NCBI GenBank assembly: GCA_041749335.1
Contig: JBGTBM010000008.1
Coordinates: forward strand, 18,462 to 82,461
DNA: 64,000 nt
Direction of reading: 5' to 3'
DNA from: Patescibacteria group bacterium
GTDB lineage: Bacteria > Patescibacteriota > JABMPQ01
Shown here: positions 1-10,555 of the stretch, piece by piece
Numbering within the stretch: position 1 is the first letter of the stretch
Layout: every line of letters begins with the position of its first letter
Translations under genes and position numbers: made by a program
The notes under the pieces: model-generated
Told to the model about the DNA's origin: nothing
The model's input: only the letters and a program-made list of their open reading frames with translations
Database searches by the model: none

Positions 1-2
1 AA

Positions 3-407
3 CAAAAAACCCTTGATGAATTTATCAAATATTACCAATACTTTTTTGAATTTCTCTACTGGGCCCCCATTATTTTTGTTTCTGCTAAATCTGGACAGAA
101 TATTGATATTATTTTGCCGATAATAAAAGATGTCTATAACCAAAGAAATAAAAAAATAGATCAAGCTGAATTGGATTTATTCATTAATAAGACCTATAAA
201 AAATCTCCGCCCCCCAAGCTTAATAAGAAAAAACCTCCCCAAATAATAAATTTTCTTCAAATAGCGACCAATCCTCCTGTATTTAAAATTATTATTGCGG
301 AAGGATATACCCTAAAATCTAACTATATTAAATTTATTGGAAAAGAATTGCGCAAGTCTTTTGGATTTGAAGGTACCGGAATTAAAATAATTATTAAACA
401 TCAATAA
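3..407 (+). CDS. der: Ribosome biogenesis GTPase Der/EngA, C-terminal part (5'-truncated by window)
   Basis: Frame is open from position 3 (QKTLDEFIKYYQYFLNFSYWAPIIFVSAKSGQN..., G5 motif SAK), followed by a KH-like domain ending ELRKSFGFEGTGIKI. Confidence 0.85.
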   Translation, partial: QKTLDEFIKYYQYFFEFLYWAPIIFVSAKSGQNIDIILPIIKDVYNQRNKKIDQAELDLFINKTYKKSPPPKLNKKKPPQIINFLQIATNPPVFKIIIAEGYTLKSNYIKFIGKELRKSFGFEGTGIKIIIKHQ

Positions 408-410
408 TAT

Positions 411-968
411 ATGAAAATTATTGCTGGTCTGGGCAATCCAGGATCTAAATATAAAAAAACTAGGCATAATGCGGGATTTATAATTATTGATAAATTATTA
501 GATGATTTACAGAAAAATAATTATCAATTTACTTCATTTAAATTTAGCAAAAATTACAATGCCGAGATATCAGCTGGCAATATTAATAAGCATAAAGTTT
601 TATTGGTAAAGCCTCAAACCTTTATGAACGATTCGGGTAGATCAATAAATAGTTTGATTGATTTTTTTAAAATATCTCCGGAAAATAATTTAATTGTTAT
701 TTATGACGATATTGATTTGCCACTGGGAGAAATTCGAACAACCGGCATAAGCTCCGGCGGACATAAAGGATTGCAATCAATTATTGATAATCTCAATACT
801 TCAAATCTTTCGCGTTTGAGAATTGGCATTTTAGGAAAACCCAAAGATAAAATTGGCAATACTGCGCAATATGTGCTTAAAAACTTTTCCCAAAAAGAAC
901 AAAAAGCAATTAACTTAATTTCTGATAAAATATTTATCGAAGTTATGAACTTTATTAAAATTAAATAA
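411..968 (+). CDS. pth: Peptidyl-tRNA hydrolase
   Basis: GLGNPG..Y..TRHNAG, KPQTFMN.SG, DDIDLP.G and GGHKG motifs. Confidence 0.97.
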   Translation: MKIIAGLGNPGSKYKKTRHNAGFIIIDKLLDDLQKNNYQFTSFKFSKNYNAEISAGNINKHKVLLVKPQTFMNDSGRSINSLIDFFKISPENNLIVIYDDIDLPLGEIRTTGISSGGHKGLQSIIDNLNTSNLSRLRIGILGKPKDKIGNTAQYVLKNFSQKEQKAINLISDKIFIEVMNFIKIK

Positions 969-1011
969 TTTCACTAAATATTGATTATTTTTTATTTTAC
1001 GATATGATTTT

Positions 1012-4000
1012 TTGGTAATAAATCCACTTTGCAATATAAATAATCCATTTTGCAGTTTAGACAAAACAACCAGTACTATTACTGAAACCTTAATTCATAA
1101 AAACAGTGCTACCATTGTTAATGTCGATAATTCTGCAAAACCATTAATTATTACAAGGCTGCTCGATACCCCCCTTAAATACAAGCAGTCTGTTTTTTTG
1201 TTTGTGAAGGATAAAAAAGAAGCACAAAGCGCTAAATTAGGATTATCCTTCTTTAATAATTTATGCCAGGTAAATTCAACCTCTCGTATTGTACCCATAA
1301 TTGATGAAGATAATGAAAAAATTGACGCAAAAATAAATTTAAATTCAATTCTTTATAATATTATTAAAAATAATATTGGTTCATTAATACTCCCCATCGA
1401 AGCTTGTATTCAACGGACTCCTTCTTTGGCCTCATTTTCAAAATATTTAATGCACTTTGAAATAAATGATTTGCTTAATATAAATATCCTTTCGCAAAAA
1501 CTTAGCAATATTGGTTTTGAACGGCAGGATTTTGCATCAGAGCGTGGAGTTTTTTCCATTAGAGGTGATGTAATCGATATTTTTCCCTTAAATTATAACA
1601 ATCCTATTAGAATAGAATTTTTTGGTGATAAAATTGAAGCAATATACACAATTAACCCAAAAAATAAAAACAAAATTCAAGACCTGAAGAATTGTGAAAT
1701 TGTTCCAGTAAATATTATGGACAAATCTTTTGGCAGCATCTTGGATTATATTGAATTCAGCCAAAACAATAACTCAAATCAGTTATATATTTTTAATGAA
1801 CCCGCAGAACTTAAAAATTCTTTGGAATTTATTGATCCAGCCGCCTGGACCAAGTTAATGAAGCTGGCTAATAATTTTTATAAAATATATTTTGAAGATC
1901 TTCCCGCTCGCAGCGACAATGTAATAAATTTTGATTTTATAAAATCGCCAATTTATTATTACAACTTAAATAAGTTTAGAGAAGAAATACAAAATAAAAT
2001 CAATGATAAATGGCAGGTTATTTTTATTACCAAAAATAAAGACAGCATTGCCGCCATAATTAAAATTGAATCTCCGCTAATTACTTATGTAATAAATAAT
2101 GAATACTCCAAATATTTAAATGGCTTTTTTTCAAATAAACAAAAAATACTACTAATAACAGATAAGGATATTTTTGGCGTAATAATTTCTAAAAATATTA
2201 AAAAGGACATAAAATTTATTTCTGAATTAAAATCGGGAGATTACATTGTACATTATGATCACGGCATTGGCAGATTTATTGGAATGACAAAAAGAAAAAT
2301 TGATGAAGGGATGAGGGAGTTTTTTGTTTTAGAATACGCCATGGGAGATAAATTATTTTTACCGGTAGAATATTCGGAAAAATTAACAAAATATATTGGC
2401 GTTGCTCATCCAAAAATACATCGACTGCATGAGGCCAGCTGGTCGATAATAAAAAATAAAATTAAAGATAAGGCAGAAACTATTGCCAAGGAGCTTATCG
2501 AAATTTACGCCCAAAGAGAAGCTAAAAAGGGCTATAAATTTTCGCCCGATAATCAGATTATGCATGATCTGTATTCATTATTCCCCTACCGGGAAACCAA
2601 GGACCAAACCAAGGTTTGGAGAGATGTTAAAAATGATATGGAAAAATCAAATCATGAAAAACCCATGGATAGATTGGTGTGTGGCGATGTCGGCTTTGGC
2701 AAAACAGAAATTGCAATTAGGGCCGCCGTAAAAGCCGTCCAAGACAAAAAGCAGGTTGCGCTGTTGTGTCCCACTACTATTTTATCCCAGCAACATTTTG
2801 ATACATTTATCAACCGCCTTAATAAATTTAATTTAAAAATTGATGTATTGTCTCGCTTTAAAACTCCCGGTCAACAAAAAATATCAATTGAGAAAATAAA
2901 AAACGGTGAGACCGATATTATTATTGGCACCCATAGGTTGCTTTCCCAAGACATTAAATTTAAAGATCTAGGACTTTTAATTATTGACGAGGAACAAAAA
3001 TTCGGAGTTAAGCATAAAGAAAGAATCAAGTCATTTAAGGCCAATGTTGATGTACTCACTTTGACCGCCACCCCTATCCCCCGTACATTAAATTTATCTT
3101 TATCCGGATTACGGGATATTAGTACCATTGAAACGCCTCCGGAAGGAAGGCAAACCGTTAAAACATTTATTCAAAGATATGGTAATGATATTATCCAAAG
3201 CGCGATCAAAAAAGAATTAGATCGAAGTGGACAAGTCTATTATTTGCATAACAAAGTATCAACCATACAAGCTGCGGCTAAAAAAATAAGGCTGATGTTT
3301 TCCCATGCGGTAATTGATATCGCCCATGGACAGCTGCCGGAAAACAAGCTGGCAGAAGTTATGCACCGTTTTGACAAAAATCAAATTAATATATTGGTCT
3401 GTTCTTCAATTGTCGAAAATGGATTAGATCTCCCCAATGTTAATACTTTAATTGTGGACCGCTCTACTAACTTTGGCCTATCGAGCCTTTATCAATTAAG
3501 GGGCCGCATTGGCAGATCCACACAAAAAGCTTATGCTTATTTTTTATATCAAGATACCGATCTCAAAGAACAGTCTAGAAAAAGACTGCGAGCGCTTTTG
3601 GAAGCAAAAGAGCTGGGTTCAGGATTTAAGTTGGCTCTACGAGATTTAGAAATAAGAGGAGTGGGTAATATTTTAGGCAAAGAACAATCCGGCAACGTTG
3701 CGGCTATTGGATTTAATTTATATTCCCGACTGTTAAATAAAGCGGCAAGAGAAATTTCCGCCGGGAAAATTGAAAAAGAATTTGATGTTAGCATAGATTT
3801 GCCATTATCTGCTTTTATTCCCGATAATTTTATCAATAATGACAAAAAGAAAATCTATGTTTATCAAGAAATAGCCGGCCTCGAAAATATAAAAGATTTA
3901 GAATCATATAAAATAAAGCTTGCCGATAAATATAATGCCGCTCGTTTACCGCAAGAACTAATTAATTTATTTCACATCATTGAAATAAAGATATTGTGCC

Positions 4001-4233
4001 GACAAGCCAATATCAAAAATCTTGATACAAAAATAATTACAAAGCCTACCGGAGAAATTTTAAAGAAATTTATTATTACGCCTGTGATAAAAACAGATTA
4101 TAACAAGGCAAAAATTTTATTAAATTTTAATCCTAACTGGGAAATATATGAAAACAATCTAAAAATCGAGATAGCAGATCTGGGAACAAAATGGATAGAT
4201 AATCTTAAATTAAGTTTAAAATTTTTAGCATAA
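1012..4233 (+). CDS. mfd: Transcription-repair coupling factor (start codon uncertain)
   Basis: UvrB-like module (RGDVIDIFP), CarD/RID (HYDHGIGRF), GDVGFGKT, DEEQ, TATPIPRT, QLRGRIGR and TRCF domain. Confidence 0.95.
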   Translation: MVINPLCNINNPFCSLDKTTSTITETLIHKNSATIVNVDNSAKPLIITRLLDTPLKYKQSVFLFVKDKKEAQSAKLGLSFFNNLCQVNSTSRIVPIIDEDNEKIDAKINLNSILYNIIKNNIGSLILPIEACIQRTPSLASFSKYLMHFEINDLLNINILSQKLSNIGFERQDFASERGVFSIRGDVIDIFPLNYNNPIRIEFFGDKIEAIYTINPKNKNKIQDLKNCEIVPVNIMDKSFGSILDYIEFSQNNNSNQLYIFNEPAELKNSLEFIDPAAWTKLMKLANNFYKIYFEDLPARSDNVINFDFIKSPIYYYNLNKFREEIQNKINDKWQVIFITKNKDSIAAIIKIESPLITYVINNEYSKYLNGFFSNKQKILLITDKDIFGVIISKNIKKDIKFISELKSGDYIVHYDHGIGRFIGMTKRKIDEGMREFFVLEYAMGDKLFLPVEYSEKLTKYIGVAHPKIHRLHEASWSIIKNKIKDKAETIAKELIEIYAQREAKKGYKFSPDNQIMHDLYSLFPYRETKDQTKVWRDVKNDMEKSNHEKPMDRLVCGDVGFGKTEIAIRAAVKAVQDKKQVALLCPTTILSQQHFDTFINRLNKFNLKIDVLSRFKTPGQQKISIEKIKNGETDIIIGTHRLLSQDIKFKDLGLLIIDEEQKFGVKHKERIKSFKANVDVLTLTATPIPRTLNLSLSGLRDISTIETPPEGRQTVKTFIQRYGNDIIQSAIKKELDRSGQVYYLHNKVSTIQAAAKKIRLMFSHAVIDIAHGQLPENKLAEVMHRFDKNQINILVCSSIVENGLDLPNVNTLIVDRSTNFGLSSLYQLRGRIGRSTQKAYAYFLYQDTDLKEQSRKRLRALLEAKELGSGFKLALRDLEIRGVGNILGKEQSGNVAAIGFNLYSRLLNKAAREISAGKIEKEFDVSIDLPLSAFIPDNFINNDKKKIYVYQEIAGLENIKDLESYKIKLADKYNAARLPQELINLFHIIEIKILCRQANIKNLDTKIITKPTGEILKKFIITPVIKTDYNKAKILLNFNPNWEIYENNLKIEIADLGTKWIDNLKLSLKFLA

Positions 4234-4259
4234 AAAAAGAGCTCTCTTTTGAGAGCTCT
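4232..4259 (-). terminator. Intrinsic terminator
   Basis: AGAGCTCTC-4nt-GAGAGCTCT stem followed by a T7 run on the minus strand. Confidence 0.75.
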
Positions 4260-4292
4260 GGCCTGTATATCTCTTGGATACACAGGGCTAAG

Positions 4293-4343
4293 CTACGAAC
4301 CTCCGCAACAATGAGCGACGCGTGGAATCATGAACCGCTTCAT
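4293..4343 (-). CDS. Putative 16-aa peptide MKRFMIPRVAHCCGGS
   Basis: Strong SD (AAAGGAGG) just upstream of the ATG; followed by a hairpin and the terminator. Confidence 0.45.
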   Translation of the reverse strand: MKRFMIPRVAHCCGGS

Positions 4344-4500
4344 GTCTCTCCTCCTTTCTTTTTGCCGATTCCATACAATTGGCGAAAACATTTAAGTTGA
4401 TTTTAATATCCCCTGCTAATATTTTTTAACAGCCAAATGCAACCCAAAAAACATAATCCGATAATGAGTATATTTAGGGCTATTAATTTATCAGGCGATT

Positions 4501-7461
4501 TTAAACAACTAAATTTAAGACCTTGTCCGGTACAAATATTACTTTTTTAATTTCTTGGCGATTAATAAAATTTTTTACTTTGTTGCTTTGTTCGGCCAAT
4601 TTGACTGCATTTTCTTGAGAAATTCCTCTGTTAATCTTGATAGTGTCCCGTACTCTGCCATTTACTTGAATAATTAAATTTATTTGCTCTTCGGAAAGAA
4701 TTTTTGAATTATATTTAGGCCAATTTTCTTTCAAAATACTTTCTTGATTACCAATTTTTTCCCAAAGCTCTTCTGCCATGTGCGGCGCAAACGGTGATAG
4801 TAAAATTAAAAATATTTTCATAGCTCCGACCGGCAGCTTTTCTTGTTGGCTAGCCTGGTTAATAAAGATCATCATTTGAGAAATGGCCGTATTAAAATTC
4901 ATATTTTCAATATCTTCGCCTACCTTTTTAATCGTCTGATGCAAAAGAATTGATAAACTTTTGTTTACTCTGGCGCAGCTCCCGCCGCACTTAATCATTT
5001 CTTTTTCCTGATAAACAACCCATATCTTTTCTAAAAATCTTCTGATGCCCTTTATGCCATCCATACTCCAAGGTATCGCTTCCGAAAAAGGACCCATAAA
5101 TAATTCGTAAAGTCGCAGGGTATCCGCGCCCCCGCCTTCTTCATTTTGCACAATCTCGTCAGGATTGATTACGTTGCCAAAAGACTTGCTCATCTTGCGT
5201 CCGTCTTCGGCGAGAACCATTCCATGAGAAGTACGTCGAGCATATGGTTCCGGAGTACCCACTAATCCTTGATCATATAAAAATTTGTGCCAAAAGCGGG
5301 AATATAAAAGATGCAATGTGGTGTGTTCCATGCCGCCATTATATAAATCCACCGGCATCCAGTATTGCATTTTCCGCTCATCCGCAAAAGCTTTGAGATT
5401 TTTGGGATCGCAATATCTTAAAAAATACCAGCTCGATCCCGCCCAATTAGGCATTGTGTCAGTTTCTCTTTTCGCATCTGAACCGCATCGCGGACATTTA
5501 ACTTTAACCCAATCTTTAATAGTAGCCAAGGGTGATTCTCCGGTATCGGTTGGTTCGTAATTTTTTACATCCGGCAAACGAACCGGCAGATCTTTTTGCG
5601 GAACGGGTACGGTGCCACAAGTTTCACAATGAATTATAGGTATCGGCTCCCCCCAATAATGCTGCCGTGAAAATATCCAATCTCTCAACTTATAATTAAT
5701 CGCTTTGCGGCCATAGTTATTTTTTTCCAGCCATTGAGTTATTTTCTTTTTAGCAGCGAAAGTTTCAAGACCGTCAATAATTTTAGAATTAACGGCTATT
5801 CCCTCTCCGGCGAAAGCTTTATCTTTTGAAGCAACCTTGGATTGCACCACTGTTTTAATTTTCTGCTTATATTTTTTGGCAAAATCCCAATCTCGCTGAT
5901 CGTGCCCCGGCACTGCCATAATCGCACCGGTACCATAAGTGCTCAAAACATAATCTGCCACAAAAACCGAAATCTTTTCTCCGTTTACCGGATTAACAGC
6001 CTTAAATCCCCTTATCTCTACCCCTGTTTTTTCTTTCTGCAATTCGGTTCTTTCTAAATCTGATTTTGTTTTCGCTTTTTTAACATATTTTTCCACCTCT
6101 GAATAATTAGTAATCCGCACTTGATAGTTTTTTATAATTTCATGTTCGGGAGCCACTACCATATAAGTTGCGCCATAGAGCGTATCCGGACGAGTAGTAA
6201 ATATCTTAAGCTGTTCCAAACTGTGTTCTAAGACCAGCGGCTCTAATTTTCCTAAAAAATGTTTAGCTGTTCCCGTTCCGTCGATTATCTTTCCTCCAAT
6301 CGCATCCTTGATCTTATCCGCCTGCTCCGATGGTATCTTATGATCTTTTATATCCCGCAAAATCCTAATTTTAATTATCTTTTTGCAGATTTTTTCAAAA
6401 TTATATCGCCAGTTAAAAGTTTTTACAAAAGGCCTTTTGTGATTATCTAAAAATTCCGGAGTGACAAATCCTCCCACCGATACATATTTATAAATCGGCC
6501 GCTTTAAGCCTTCAAGCACTTTCATTGCTACCACCGACCCCAGACTATGCGCTATCAAAATAGTATTTTCGTCAAATTTTACATTTTTTTTCACGAACTC
6601 AATTTGTTCCAAAATATCAGGATTGTTAGTGTTGGGAAGCTGGGGAATTTGAACCCGGTGCCCTCTTTTTTCCAGTTCAGCTTTTAGCCAGCAGTAAAAA
6701 GAATTTTCCTTAGTCGCGCCATAACCGTGTAAAATTACATAATTAAATTTCTGATCAATTTCAAAATTAACTTCCGCCCCTTCGGATCTGCCAATCCAAT
6801 TTATCTGCTGCGCCTTAATCTTCTCTAGATAATCAACTGTGTCTAAATCATCTACTAGGCGGTCAGCATAAGCAGTTATTTTAAGCATCCACTGTTCCTT
6901 TTCTCGCTTTTCTACTTCTCCCTGGCACCGTTCACACCGTCCGTCTACCACCTCTTCGTTGGCCAACACTATTTTACAACTGCGGCACCAATTAACCGGC
7001 ATTTTATGTTTATAAGCCAATCCTTGCTCAAAAAATTTCAAAAATATCCATTGTGTCCATTGGTAATAATCAGGATCAGTGGTATCGATTTCCCGCGACC
7101 AATCATAAGATATCCCCAATGATTTTAACTGCTTTTTAAAAATCGCAATATTTTTTTGGGTAGCGATCTTGGGATGAATTTTGTGTTTAATCGCATAATT
7201 TTCCGTAGGTAAACCAAAAGCGTCCCACCCGATTGGATACATAACATTGAATCCCCGCAGGCGGTACATCCGAGCCATCACATCCAGAGCAGTATAAGAC
7301 CGCACATGGCCGACATGCAGACCTGCTCCCGAAGGATAAGGAAATTCAACCAATATATATTTCTTGGGTTTTTTAGAATAATCCTCAGCGACAAACACAT
7401 TATCTTTTTCCCATTGCTTTTGCCATTTAACTTCAATTTTTTGAGGACAATATTTTTGCAT
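4501..7461 (-). CDS. leuS: Leucine--tRNA ligase with an inserted alpha/beta-hydrolase domain
   Basis: FPYPSGAGLHVGH, KMSKS and FTTRPDT editing motif. Likely start is ATG 7461 (MQKYCPQKIE). About 175-180 aa insert at ~6215-6750. Confidence 0.96.
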   Translation of the reverse strand: MQKYCPQKIEVKWQKQWEKDNVFVAEDYSKKPKKYILVEFPYPSGAGLHVGHVRSYTALDVMARMYRLRGFNVMYPIGWDAFGLPTENYAIKHKIHPKIATQKNIAIFKKQLKSLGISYDWSREIDTTDPDYYQWTQWIFLKFFEQGLAYKHKMPVNWCRSCKIVLANEEVVDGRCERCQGEVEKREKEQWMLKITAYADRLVDDLDTVDYLEKIKAQQINWIGRSEGAEVNFEIDQKFNYVILHGYGATKENSFYCWLKAELEKRGHRVQIPQLPNTNNPDILEQIEFVKKNVKFDENTILIAHSLGSVVAMKVLEGLKRPIYKYVSVGGFVTPEFLDNHKRPFVKTFNWRYNFEKICKKIIKIRILRDIKDHKIPSEQADKIKDAIGGKIIDGTGTAKHFLGKLEPLVLEHSLEQLKIFTTRPDTLYGATYMVVAPEHEIIKNYQVRITNYSEVEKYVKKAKTKSDLERTELQKEKTGVEIRGFKAVNPVNGEKISVFVADYVLSTYGTGAIMAVPGHDQRDWDFAKKYKQKIKTVVQSKVASKDKAFAGEGIAVNSKIIDGLETFAAKKKITQWLEKNNYGRKAINYKLRDWIFSRQHYWGEPIPIIHCETCGTVPVPQKDLPVRLPDVKNYEPTDTGESPLATIKDWVKVKCPRCGSDAKRETDTMPNWAGSSWYFLRYCDPKNLKAFADERKMQYWMPVDLYNGGMEHTTLHLLYSRFWHKFLYDQGLVGTPEPYARRTSHGMVLAEDGRKMSKSFGNVINPDEIVQNEEGGGADTLRLYELFMGPFSEAIPWSMDGIKGIRRFLEKIWVVYQEKEMIKCGGSCARVNKSLSILLHQTIKKVGEDIENMNFNTAISQMMIFINQASQQEKLPVGAMKIFLILLSPFAPHMAEELWEKIGNQESILKENWPKYNSKILSEEQINLIIQVNGRVRDTIKINRGISQENAVKLAEQSNKVKNFINRQEIKKVIFVPDKVLNLVV

Positions 7462-7555
7462 TTTTTTTCTTAGTTTTCGCTTCCTGATCACATTCAATTG
7501 TAAAATCATCTCGCCAATATTTTTAAAAAACTCATTTCAACTAAAATCACGGCAT

Positions 7556-8323
7556 TTATATATGATATAATTCTTCCGCGTTTTCAGTCGTCGCCATCTC
7601 AATTTCATTTAATCCCATTTCTTTAAGTGAAGCAATTTTTTCCGCTACCTGTCGGACATAAGCCGGCTCGTTTCTTTTTCCCCGATAAGGCTCCGGCGCT
7701 AAATAAGGCGCATCGGTTTCCACCATTATTCTCTCAATTGGAACTTCCCGAATGACATTTATCACCTCGCCTGCGTTTTTAAAGGTTATAACTCCCGTAA
7801 AAGACAAATAAAATCCTAGCTCTAAATAACGCCGCGCGGCTTCTTTGGTTCCTAAAAAACAATGCGACACTCCTCGATTAATTCTATCTTTTTTAAGAAT
7901 ATCAAGCATATCTTCATAAGCATCCCGGCAATGCAGAATCACTGGTTTATCTAGTTCCTTGGCAATGTCCAATTGGGCGCGAAACACTTTTTTTTGAATA
8001 CTTTTATCGCTTTCTTTTTGTAAATGAAAATAGTCAAGCCCAATTTCTCCCAAAGCCACCGCCTTCGGATCTTTCGCCCATTGATAAATCATCTGGCACA
8101 CTTCCTTAATACCCTTTTTAGCGCTGTCGTGCGGATGCACCCCCACAGAAGCGTAAATATTATCATATTTATGGGCTAGATCTACTGACGCCTGCGAGCG
8201 TTCGCAATTACATCCAACGTTTATTATTTTTTCCACGCCATTAGAAAACGCGCGCCGAATAACTTGCTCGCGATCTTTATCAAACTCTTCAAAATCCAGA
8301 TGGGCGTGTGTATCGATTAACAT
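7556..8323 (-). CDS. tatD: TatD family hydrolase/DNase
   Basis: DTHAHL, GVHPH, GEIGLDY, HCR and ETDAPYLAP motifs. Confidence 0.93.
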   Translation of the reverse strand: MLIDTHAHLDFEEFDKDREQVIRRAFSNGVEKIINVGCNCERSQASVDLAHKYDNIYASVGVHPHDSAKKGIKEVCQMIYQWAKDPKAVALGEIGLDYFHLQKESDKSIQKKVFRAQLDIAKELDKPVILHCRDAYEDMLDILKKDRINRGVSHCFLGTKEAARRYLELGFYLSFTGVITFKNAGEVINVIREVPIERIMVETDAPYLAPEPYRGKRNEPAYVRQVAEKIASLKEMGLNEIEMATTENAEELYHI

Positions 8324-8330
8324 TTAATTT

Positions 8331-9824
8331 TTAGGTATTTTTAGGAAATAAAATCTCACCGGTTTTAATCTGAAACATATCAAGTAGTTTCCATTTTGTA
8401 AGCTCTTTAAATTTCATTGCTTTCTCGTCCTCTAAAACTCCTAATTGTTTTAAAATCTTGTCAGCTGTTTCCGGAAGATATGGATAAATCATCCAGGCGA
8501 TATGGCGCAGACACTCAGTTAAGCCCTGCATTGTAATTTCAAAATCTTGTTGGTTTTTCTTTCTTAATTCCCAAGGCTTAGTTTCATCAATATGCTTATT
8601 TAAATAATTAATTAAACTCTTGACTACTCCTAAAGCGCTATCAATTCTAAATTTTTCCATTTCATTTTGATATTTATTCCACGATTCTTCAATTTTAGCT
8701 TTTAATTCTTTATTATAAGTTTTTTGTTTTTTAATGCCTTGTGCTAATTTTACTACCCGGCTGACTAAGTTTCCCAAATTATTGGCTAGTTCAGCGATAT
8801 ATTGCTCTTCAAATTTTTCTGCCTTGATGTCTCCATCAGCTCCAAAGGGAAACTGCGCTAAAATTAAATATCTAGCGCCATCCGATCCAAATTTTTTTAC
8901 CAAATCATTGGGATCTATAACATTGCCAACGCTCTTGCTCATCTTTTGCCCATCGATAGTAAAAAATCCATGAACGTAAATATTTTGAGGCAGCTTAAGC
9001 CCAGCGGCCAGCAGCAGCGCCGGCCAATAAATCGCGTGAAATTTTAAAATATCCTTGCCGATCAGGTGTAGGTCTACCGGCCAATATTTTTTAAAGTTTT
9101 TTTCTTCTCCGGCAAAGCCTAGCGCCGTTATATAATTCTGTAAAGCTTCCACCCAGACATAAAAAACTTGTGATTCATCAAAGGGAATTTTTATGCCCCA
9201 TTTAACCTTTTCCCGCGAAATGGAAAAATTTTCTAATTTTTGCTGGAATAAACCCAATACCTCCTTTTTTGCCGAAGCTGGCAAAATATTTATTTCGTCG
9301 CGCTCTATTTTATTTTTTACTTTGTTTAAATATTTATCTAACTTAAAAAAATAATTTTTTTCAGTTATTTTCTCCGGTTCTATTTTATGATCTGGGCATT
9401 GTCCGTTAACCAGCTCCTTCTCGGTAATAAATTTTTCGCACCCAACGCAATATAGGCCGACATATTTATCCTCATATATATCGCCTTGATCTTTTAAAAT
9501 CTGAATAAATTTAAGCACGCCTTTTTTATGTTGATCCGAGGTTGTTCGATAAAATAAATTATGGGAAATATTTAACGCATCCCAAGCTTCTTCAAATCTG
9601 GCCGACATTTCATCGGTAAAAGCCTGGGGATCTTGATTGGCTTCTTGCGCCGATTGTGCAACTTTAGCGCCATGCTCGTCAGTGCCGGTTAAAAAAAACA
9701 CCTCTTGCCCTTTGAGCCGATGGTAGCGCGCTAAAACATCCGCGGCAATCATCGTGTAGGCATGTCCGATATGCGGCGTGCTATTTACATAATAAATTGG
9801 CGTTGTCACATAGAATTTATCCAT
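8331..9824 (-). CDS. metG: Methionine--tRNA ligase (short form)
   Basis: TTPIYYVN.PHIGHAY, GTDEHG, KMSKS. Confidence 0.96.
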   Translation of the reverse strand: MDKFYVTTPIYYVNSTPHIGHAYTMIAADVLARYHRLKGQEVFFLTGTDEHGAKVAQSAQEANQDPQAFTDEMSARFEEAWDALNISHNLFYRTTSDQHKKGVLKFIQILKDQGDIYEDKYVGLYCVGCEKFITEKELVNGQCPDHKIEPEKITEKNYFFKLDKYLNKVKNKIERDEINILPASAKKEVLGLFQQKLENFSISREKVKWGIKIPFDESQVFYVWVEALQNYITALGFAGEEKNFKKYWPVDLHLIGKDILKFHAIYWPALLLAAGLKLPQNIYVHGFFTIDGQKMSKSVGNVIDPNDLVKKFGSDGARYLILAQFPFGADGDIKAEKFEEQYIAELANNLGNLVSRVVKLAQGIKKQKTYNKELKAKIEESWNKYQNEMEKFRIDSALGVVKSLINYLNKHIDETKPWELRKKNQQDFEITMQGLTECLRHIAWMIYPYLPETADKILKQLGVLEDEKAMKFKELTKWKLLDMFQIKTGEILFPKNT

Positions 9825-9859
9825 AAATATTAAATATTATTAGAATTTTTTACGATTAA

Positions 9860-10555
9860 TTATTTACCAATCGCGACTACAAACTCACCCTTAATTTTTT
9901 CCGGATTACTTTCAAAATAGCTGGAAATTTCTTGTATATTTCCCCTTTTTATTTCTTCAAAATGCTTTGTCAATTCGCGGCCCACAACTACCTGCCGCTC
10001 CCGACCCAAGACTTCTTTTAAAGAATTTAAAGTTTTTAGAATTCGATGGACAGATTCATAAAAAACAATCGTTTTATTTTCCTCAGCTATTTTTTTAAAT
10101 ATTTTTTCCCGGCCTTTTTTATGAGGCAGAAATCCCAAAAATTCAAAATGATCGCTAGCCAATCCAGATGCGCTCAACAAAGCGATTACGGCCGACGGCC
10201 CCGGGAGCGGTACGACGCTTATCCCCGCCTGTAAAATCTGTTCAACTAATTTTCCACCGGGATCAGAGATAGCCGGCGTACCGGCGTCCGAAACTAAAGC
10301 CACATTTTTTCCGTCAGCCAAAATATCAATTACCTCATTTATTCTTTTGAGTTTGCTGTGCTGATGATAACTGATAACTTTAGTTGAAATATTATATTCC
10401 ATAAGCAGCCTTCGGGTAATTCTGGTATCTTCGCAAGCGATGATATCTGCATCCTTTAATACCTCGAGCGCCCTCAATGTAATATCTTTAAGGTTTCCAA
10501 TCGGCGTCGCTACTACAAATAATTTGCCCGCATGAAATTTATTATTTTTTAACAT
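9860..10555 (-). CDS. rsmI: 16S rRNA C1402 2'-O-methyltransferase
   Basis: VATPIGNLKDIT.RA, CEDTR, SDAGTP.ISDPG, RELTK.FEE. Confidence 0.95.
   Translation of the reverse strand: MLKNNKFHAGKLFVVATPIGNLKDITLRALEVLKDADIIACEDTRITRRLLMEYNISTKVISYHQHSKLKRINEVIDILADGKNVALVSDAGTPAISDPGGKLVEQILQAGISVVPLPGPSAVIALLSASGLASDHFEFLGFLPHKKGREKIFKKIAEENKTIVFYESVHRILKTLNSLKEVLGRERQVVVGRELTKHFEEIKRGNIQEISSYFESNPEKIKGEFVVAIGK

Noticed and set aside
4098-4283. 61-aa ORF in frame with the 16-aa peptide (possible TAG readthrough)
   Set aside because: It runs through the terminator and antisense into mfd; there is no evidence for recoding.
6215-6750. Intein or intron in leuS
   Set aside because: No Cys/Ser start, His-Asn end or LAGLIDADG motifs; the frame is continuous and the insert has hydrolase motifs.
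7462-7509. N-terminal extension of LeuRS in the ORF track
   Set aside because: LeuRS-like sequence begins at MQKYCPQKIE (ATG 7461), so the upstream ATG is probably not used.
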